A stretch of DNA of 64,000 nt from Chrysomallon squamiferum (lineage: Eukaryota; Animalia; Mollusca), in contig CM022677.1 in the NCBI GenBank assembly GCA_012295275.1, positions 24,738,001 through 24,802,000 on the forward strand. The letters are read 5' to 3'. Made by a program: the position numbers and the translations under genes. Below, piece after piece: positions 52,814 to 64,000 of this stretch (the stretch's first letter is position 1; every line of letters starts with the position of its first letter). Below the pieces are notes generated by a model. That model was not told where the DNA came from, did no database searches, and worked only from the letters and a program-made list of their open reading frames with translations.

Positions 52814-54300
52814 TACTCTCCCAAAAAAGAAACGCAAAATGGTTGATTTGTTAGATAACTATTGTAAACTGACACATATCGATGTACAAACTCTGAATAT
52901 AATGACATTTGGTCATTCAAACGTATAGCTATTGTTACAGTCACTAAAAAGCAGATAACAAAATAAAGGCTATGATCGTGTTTATTAGCCAAAACGTCCC
53001 CGCATGCAAACCACGTTACCAGTCCATGTACACGTGCGGCACGAGAAACTTGAATATGAGGGTTCTAAAAATACAAGGTTTTCGAATACTTCTGTTCGTT
53101 ATTTTTGTTCTGACCCAATATCAAACAAATGCCACGACTGAGTGAATGAAACAACGCCATCTGCCGTTTACAAGCTGGCGAATCCTTCTCTGCCGTAGCC
53201 CGGGTGTTCCATGTATCCCCAAGCACCATCTTGAGATTGTGGTATCGGTTCCAGCAACACCAAATACGTGACCGTCCCAGATCAGGTAGAGCACGAGTAA
53301 CAACCAGGGCCCAGGACCGCTACATACGGGTACTTCATCTATGGGAAAGAACCACCACGGCAACTTCTACTGCTTCAGCAATATCAGGTCTGCGTAGAAC
53401 ATCGGCTCAGACAGTGCACAATCGTTTATACGAGGCAGGTATTCGAACCATATGGCCTGTAACAAGAGTGGTTTTCACTCAACAACATCGACGATTACGA
53501 CGTCAGTGGTGTGAACTGCACAGAGTCTGGCCTCAATTACGATGGAGAACTGTCTGGTTTAGTGACGAGGCTCGATTTGTGCTTCGTCGAGCTGATGGAA
53601 GATGTCGAGTTTACAGACGTCGTGGTGAACGTTTTGCTGCAAACTGCATACAGGAAGCGGACAGATTTGGTGGCGGTAGTGTGATGGTGTGGGCAGCAAT
53701 CTCATACACTGGCAGGACCAACCTGGTTCACATCCAAGGTAATTTAACAGCACAGAGATACCGAGATGAAATTTTGCGGCCACATGTCGCTCCAATTATG
53801 AATAATGGTAACGCTGTATTCCAGCACGACAATGCGAGACCACATACAGCCAGACTCACAACAGCGTACCTACACAACAATAACGTTCAGGTCCTGCCCT
53901 GACTCTCTAAATATCCAGATTTGAACCCTATAGAGCATTTATGGGACGAGTTTGTTAGACGACTGAGGCAGCATCAACCACAGCCACAGAATCGTGCTCA
54001 GTTGGCATTATTACTACAGACAGAGTGGGCCACCATTCCACAAGGTGTAATTTGTAATGTCATTACTGCCATGGGAAGGAGATATCAGGCAGTTCTTGAC
54101 TCCCGTGGTGGGCACAAAAGGTATTAATGTTATACTGTTATAACATTGAACTTTAACTTTTTCAGTGGAATACAATCAATATTAATGAATTGCGAAAGTG
54201 TGTGTAAAATGTAAACATTCTGCTGCTTTCTGTTGATCCATTAGATAGATATTCCCAATGTCAGTGAAATCTACTTTTGCGTTTCTTTTTTGTTAGAGTA
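52814..54300 (+). mobile_element. Full-length Tc1 (DD34E) transposon, inactivated
   Basis: ~26-bp TIRs tactctcccaaaaaagaaacgcaaaa / ttttgcgtttcttttttgttagagta, flanked by TA. Transposase 53129-54127 has WFSDE, FQHDNA and DLNPIE with 34 residues between D and E; premature TGA at codon 7 and at 53900. Confidence 0.95.
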
Positions 54301-55400
54301 TATATATGGATTTGACACAGACAAGAGAACATTTTTGTTTTTTGTGCGAGTTATGCTATTCAAGGCAGAAGATATAATTTCTGAAGTCGTATGTGTGAGG
54401 AAAGACGGAGAGACGTTTAAAAATAAACACTGCAGAAAGGAAATTGGCACAAAAGATTATTTCTGCATTCGGGAAAACACGTCGCACGATCATATAATTT
54501 TGATTCTAAAAGTAAAGGACGTTGACCGTCATATGTGGGGAAATCTTAAGCTTAGCTTTAACAGTAAGTATTTAATGTATCACAATATGTAAAAATAAGT
54601 AAATAAACAAACAAACAAACAAATAAATAAAAGAATTACCTGTTCATACGTTAGATGTAGATCACATTTGAAAAGGAGCAGAACTCTGATGTCGTTATTT
54701 CAGTTTTACGCATGACGCGTCATCTGTTGTAAGTGACGTCATATTTTAAAGCAATAATTATGTTAACCATAACAAAAATAAGAACGAATTCACATATTTG
54801 TTTCCTCTAGATCACTTGCAATAATTAAAGAAGTAACGCTCTTTCCGTGTTTTAGAACACTTTTATTTAATAGTAAAAACAGTTATAAAGTATTTTACGT
54901 TTTTAAAAATATAGTTAAATTGAAAATAAAGTAAGAACAATCTGTTTTCTTCCATGCCACATGTTCACTTCGTTTACTACGACAAATGTCAATGATTTCT
55001 TTTATCATCGCTTCAGAACCTATTTCATGACTGAAACATATAGTAATTTATGTATATGAAATTCAAAGAATAAAGATAAATTTAATAAAAATGTAAAATT
55101 TGTCTATAATCTACTGCATATGCACAAAAACGAGTAATAAAATACAAATGTAAAATTTTCAAACGCATTTTAAAACATGAAATGCAACTTTTAAAAAACA
55201 AAGTGGAATACAAATGGCATATGCTTCTGTTTGCGTGTGTGTGTGTGTGTGTCTTCTACGCAACTTCAATTGTAACAGTGTAAACGGATGAGTTTGTGTG
55301 AGCTTTAATGCATGCACATACATAGTTTATTGTATCCTCTAGTTGAACGCACGACCTATCAACTTCGCAAAAATCACTGTAGAATTATTTGCCTTCAGGA

Positions 55401-55477
<77 letters not shown>

Positions 55478-55698
55478 CAATAACAATAACAATAACAATA
55501 ACAATAACAATAACAATAATAATAATAATCATCATCATCATCATCATTATGTCAGTATCATTATAGTCCTAATCATTATTATGTGTTTATTTGTTTCGTT
55601 AATTAATTAGTTAGTTAGCTAGTTAATTAATTACTTAGTTAAAACATCCAAAAAAAAATTAATATATCTGGAGACAAAACTCTATGTTAAGTACTTAC

Positions 55699-56099
55699 TA
55701 TTAAGACTAAAATTTAAATTTCTACTGTAATCTTTTCCAATCTGACATCTCCACATGTGAAGATCAATGTCCTTTACCTTTGGAATTAACATTTTGTATA
55801 TTCGTGTGAGTCTTCTTGCTATCTTCACACATCTGTAGAAGTGATCGTTTTCTTAAATATTCATTTTGCAGCCTTTGTTTATCACACAAATAGTTTTAGA
55901 CATATCTCCGTCTTTTCTCTGAAACAGGATATCAGACGTAATAGTCAAAGCTGATACGCTTTACAAAACAAATTGTATTTTCTCCCTAGTACAGCAGAAT
56001 TCGAACCCAAGATCCATATTTTTAGATCGGAAAAAGAAAAATGTATAATAAGCTCGAAAAGATATATGATTATTTACCTTAGAAATTGTCTTTCTCTTC

Positions 56100-56168
<69 letters not shown>

Positions 56169-56633
56169 GTATTAAAAGTAGTAGCAGTAGTAGTAGTAGT
56201 ATTTGTAGTGGTAGTAACAATAGGTGTAGTAGTAGTAGTGGTAATAATACTAGTAATAATAGTAGTTTTTTGATAGTCTTACATTATTATTATTATATTA
56301 AAAGCAGTAGTAGTAATAGTAGTAGTAGTAGTATTTGTAGTGGTAGCAACAATTGCAGCAGCGATACTTGTAGTAGTAGTGGTAGTAACAATAGTTATTA
56401 TAGTAGTAGTAGTAGTAGTAATACTAGTAATAATAGTAATTTTTAATAGTCTTACATTATTATCGTCCTTGTCTTTATAACTAATAGTAGCAGCAGAAGT
56501 ACTAACAGTGATAGTACCAGTAATAGTAGTGACAGTAGCTGCAATAGTTGTAGTGATGCTATAGTTATTAGTATTAGTATTTATAATATTATCATTATTT
56601 TTGTTGCTGTTGTTGTTGTTGTTACTATTGCTT

Positions 56634-56685
<52 letters not shown>

Positions 56686-56815
56686 CCCATTCCTTTTATA
56701 TTTTTCGTACAGTATAGTTAATGTAAAACAAAACAAAACAAAAATAATAAAGGCAAGCTGTCGACACTGCTATGAAACCAACACATGAGGTGATGAAACA
56801 ACAAGGAATGATCAT
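55699..56815 (-). pseudogene. Unit 11: SP-A pseudogene
   Basis: SP exon 56815-56758 (MIIPCCFITSCVGFIAVST) with donor GT>CT. A exon 56027-55699 has acceptor AG>CG and a 1-nt deletion (329 nt). Confidence 0.8.
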
Positions 56816-57404
56816 CACTTAAATTGTGAAAGTTTCTCTTCTACTCAGTCTTCTACAGTAATATTCTCAATCCTAATATGTATATTCGACGTGTCATGCA
56901 TAATATAGATTAGAGATATAGATTATACACACGCATAAACACACAAATAATATTTATTGTAAATATCCAGAATAAATTATTTTATGTATTGTAGTTGTAC
57001 AATAAAATAGTGAATTTGTGTTAAATGCCATATTTACATGACATTTAATATGTAGCTAAGTCCTATTCAGTGTAAGATATTACCTAGCCAAATAACGACA
57101 GTTCAAAATTACGTATAACTATCTTTGTCTTTGACTCTAGGAATAAATCATAATAGTTCAACTGTATTAACACATACTAAAGCCATTGTTGTTTATTATT
57201 TATGTGCGATTATGTTTCAATACTTAGTTACGTGGTAACCACCAGATTCATAACATTGTCTGAATATAAAGTAATTTAAGTTGCGCACATTTTAAATGTT
57301 TATTTTTATTTTTTGATAAATTGAAATGCCAAATGTTTTTCTGGTTTGCATTTATTTTCCCACTTGCTGTATAATATCGAAGTCATTTATATCTGTAATG
57401 TGAG

Positions 57405-57830
57405 TCAACTGCTAAAATACTTAGTTCAGTTTCCGAAGATGATAGTGAACAAGTGAAATACTTGATACAGGCATATGATGCTGGCAGTGAATTATTAAAT
57501 ACTGGTTTTAAATACAGTGATCTACCACAATATTTAGGTTGCTTGATATCTACAGTAAACTACTAAAATACATTGTTTGCTGGATATATACAGTGAACTG
57601 ATAAAATACATGAATTGCAGGATATATAAAGTGAAATACCAAAATACATGAGTTGCTAGATATCTACAGTCAACTGATAAAATACATGAGTTGCTGGATA
57701 TCTGTAGTGAACTGATAAAATACATGAATTATTTGATATGTAAACTGAACTACAAAAATCTATGTTTTCCTTGATGTCTACAGTGAACCATGAAAATACA
57801 TGAGTAACTTGATGGTCACACTGAACTAAC
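57405..57830. repeat. Degenerate 38-bp tandem repeat upstream of family genes
   Basis: Unit agttgctggatatctacagtgaactgataaaatacatg, about 8-11 copies. More diverged arrays at ~16450-16790, 18430-18680, 33700-33900 and 50390-50680. Confidence 0.75.
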
Positions 57831-58145
57831 AAATTACATTGGGTAAGCAGAAACTGAAAAATGTTTCGATACTTTGGTAAAAGACTGAACTCTCATCGGA
57901 AAGAATGATATACATGTGATGAATTATTAATCTGAAAGTATCGTGGATGTTAGTGAAAATGGAAAAATAACTATTTAATTTTGATGAAATGAAAGGAAAC
58001 CGAATCTGCATGAACTGGTTTAGCTGTGACAGCTGAGCAGAATTTAAACGTGGCAGTTAAATCTTATCTCACTGTACTATATTTTATTTATTTATTTATT
58101 TGATTTGATTTTTTATTTTGAATTTTTTTTTATTATTATTATTAT

Positions 58146-58195
<50 letters not shown>

Positions 58196-58327
58196 TCACT
58201 TTTTATGAAAAAACGTTTTGCTCATCCTGAAGGTAAATGTTTTTGTAAAATGTATTTCTTTCGGTTTGTGATAGAACAAAAACATCAACAACAATAATAA
58301 TAAAATTATAACAGTAATAACAATAAC

Positions 58328-58385
<58 letters not shown>

Positions 58386-58883
58386 TTTGATATAATACTG
58401 CAGGTGGTTATCATGTCTAGTTTTACTTTAACGTGCGTTGCATTTTGCATGGTTACAAAGGCTAATGAAACAAAACACCAAAAAACCCTGATACTTAAAA
58501 ATCAAGTTATTCTATACTACATACAGCTACCTTTTTGAAGAAATATCCCCGAAACGTTCAAGAATCCCCAAGGGAGTCAACCAAGAGAGCATCTCTGAAA
58601 ATATTTATTTCTGACTGGAAGTAATAATTATTTCAAAAGTATGTCATAAATATTTCATTGGATTTTGGATAATGCTAGCTAAAGACATTTTTTCTTACAA
58701 ACTTAAACAGTAAAGCATTCGTTAAGAATAGGAATAAACGTATCTATCCTTTGTGACAAAACTGAAACAAATGAAAGAGAATCTAAATAAATTGTAAATA
58801 TCATTTGCTATCAAAGACAAAATGAAATTACTGAAATAAATATATATTCCTCTGCAAAATAAAAAATAAGAAATTAAAAAAGT

Positions 58884-58964
<81 letters not shown>

Positions 58965-58968
58965 TATA

Positions 58969-59017
<49 letters not shown>

Positions 59018-59373
59018 TAGTAAATAAATAAATAATAAAACTATTTTTCAGTGCATTGAGTATGAAAGGTTATTTTATTTATAATATTTACCAGGTGACA
59101 AAATTAATATCTTGCGGAATTAAAATAAAAATATAGTGAGTTTGTAAAATAGGATTTAATCCAGTTATTACAAGAAGAAATAACTTACAATGTATTTCTT
59201 TTACAAAGTATAATTAAAACATTATGTTTTGTTAACTGTATTAATATTCTTTTTTATGATCAAAATAATAATATAACGAATAATTTATAAATATAATATA
59301 TAATAATGTGCGTGTTTGTGCGTATATGTGTGTATGCGTCTCTACCTTCTGGGTATGAGTCTGTTTCTGTGTA

Positions 59374-59433
<60 letters not shown>

Positions 59434-60181
59434 ATATGTAAGTAATAATGTAAAATTACGATTTCTACTACTACCACAACTACTTCCATTACTACTATGT
59501 ATTTTTTAAACATCATAGCCAATTTAAATTGAGAACGATATTTTATATATACATACATACACACATACTTGCAATTAATTAATTAAGTAAATAAATAAAT
59601 AACAACAATAAATAACAACAATTTAAATAGTTCTGTTGTTTCCTGAAAGTTCTATAAATTGTTACTGAATTACTGTGGAAAAAAAAAATTAAAATAAATA
59701 AATAAATAGATAAATAAATAAAAGAAATTAAAATTAAAAATAAAGCGTATGTTCATGACAATAGGTCAAAACCTGGCGTTATTTCACTTCCATTTTTCTG
59801 CGTTAGTTTTTTGTTTATATAAATTTTGCATATATGCATATATAATATATAGATAGATAGATGGATAGATATTGTTCGCTTATTTAGCTTATTTATGTTA
59901 ATATCTTATTCATTCGTTCTCTTGTTTATCTATTTTTCTTTCATTTATTTGTTATTATTCATTCATTTATTTTAATTTTTTTTTATTTATGTCTTTTTTT
60001 TTTTAAATTTCTGGTTTTAGATATAGGTTTCCTGTTTATTTTTTGAAATCTGGTATTTATGAATATTATCATTTTTTTTTTATTTTTGTTTTTACTATAA
60101 ATATCATTGAGTTGTTGAAACAATGCTTTGTGATAAAAAAAAACATACAGCTGTTTATGACAACTTCACAAACAGAGTGCC

Positions 60182-60274
<93 letters not shown>

Positions 60275-60558
60275 TTATTTTTATTTTATTTTTTAAACAG
60301 GTTATTAATATACGCGTTGCTTTCAATGGTAGGTGGAAACTATATTCTAGTTTTGATAAACTGTCTCTTTTCTTTTTTCTTTTTCTCTTTTTTGTTTTAC
60401 TTCAGAGATAACAGATTAAGTTTTAAATTAAATCAGCTGAGCCGATTAATTGCTTAGCTATCTAAAATTGTTCATTCTGCCGTATTTTTGTCGTAATATT
60501 AAGTCAGTTAGTCTGAAAATGATTAAAAGTAAAATTACTGTTCATAATATATTGAAAG

Positions 60559-63912
<3,354 letters not shown>

Positions 63913-64000
63913 GTAAGAAATTGTACACTTAACTCTCAAGATCCAGTTATCTACTTATGTTTCTACAATTTGTATCAAACGTCACATCACTTCTAGTCAG

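Larger units (their letters stand above)
51825..54563 (+). pseudogene. Unit 10: SP exon and degraded A exon separated by Tc1 insertions
   Basis: SP exon 51825-51882 (MIIPWCFFAYRVVFTAVST, weak donor GTTACT). A relic ~54380-54563 (RKDGETFKNKHCRKEIGTKDYFC...KVKDVDRHMW, WRC lost, aaca|gtaagta). Confidence 0.65.

Noticed and set aside
58460-59200. Possible further LINE remnant or exon
   Set aside because: No convincing protein motif or splice-compatible frame could be read.

Overview
AT-rich, microsatellite-saturated animal DNA with GT-AG introns. The Tc1/L1/L2 content and simple repeats are invertebrate-like, possibly mollusc; that is inference. Almost the whole window is a tandem and inverted cluster of one gene family, largely invisible in the ORF track because it is split into exons. 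Each unit has a ~60-nt signal-peptide exon followed by 1-8 symmetric phase-1/phase-1 exons of 312-330 nt. Each of those exons encodes one unusual six-cysteine V-type Ig-like domain, in three subtypes called here A, B and C, plus a divergent D type. I can assemble 8 apparently intact models: SP-A-B-C (x3), SP-C, SP-A-B-C-C' (x2), SP-B-C-B5-C, and a divergent SP-D-D-D running off the right edge. At least 6 relic units lie among them. No transmembrane exon is visible, so the products look secreted. The locus shows exon duplication and loss, patchwork homogenisation, variable loops and repeated loss of the last splice donor. It also holds Tc1 copies, two MITE-like insertions, LINE fragments and promoter-derived minisatellites. 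All gene models are manual predictions without transcript evidence.
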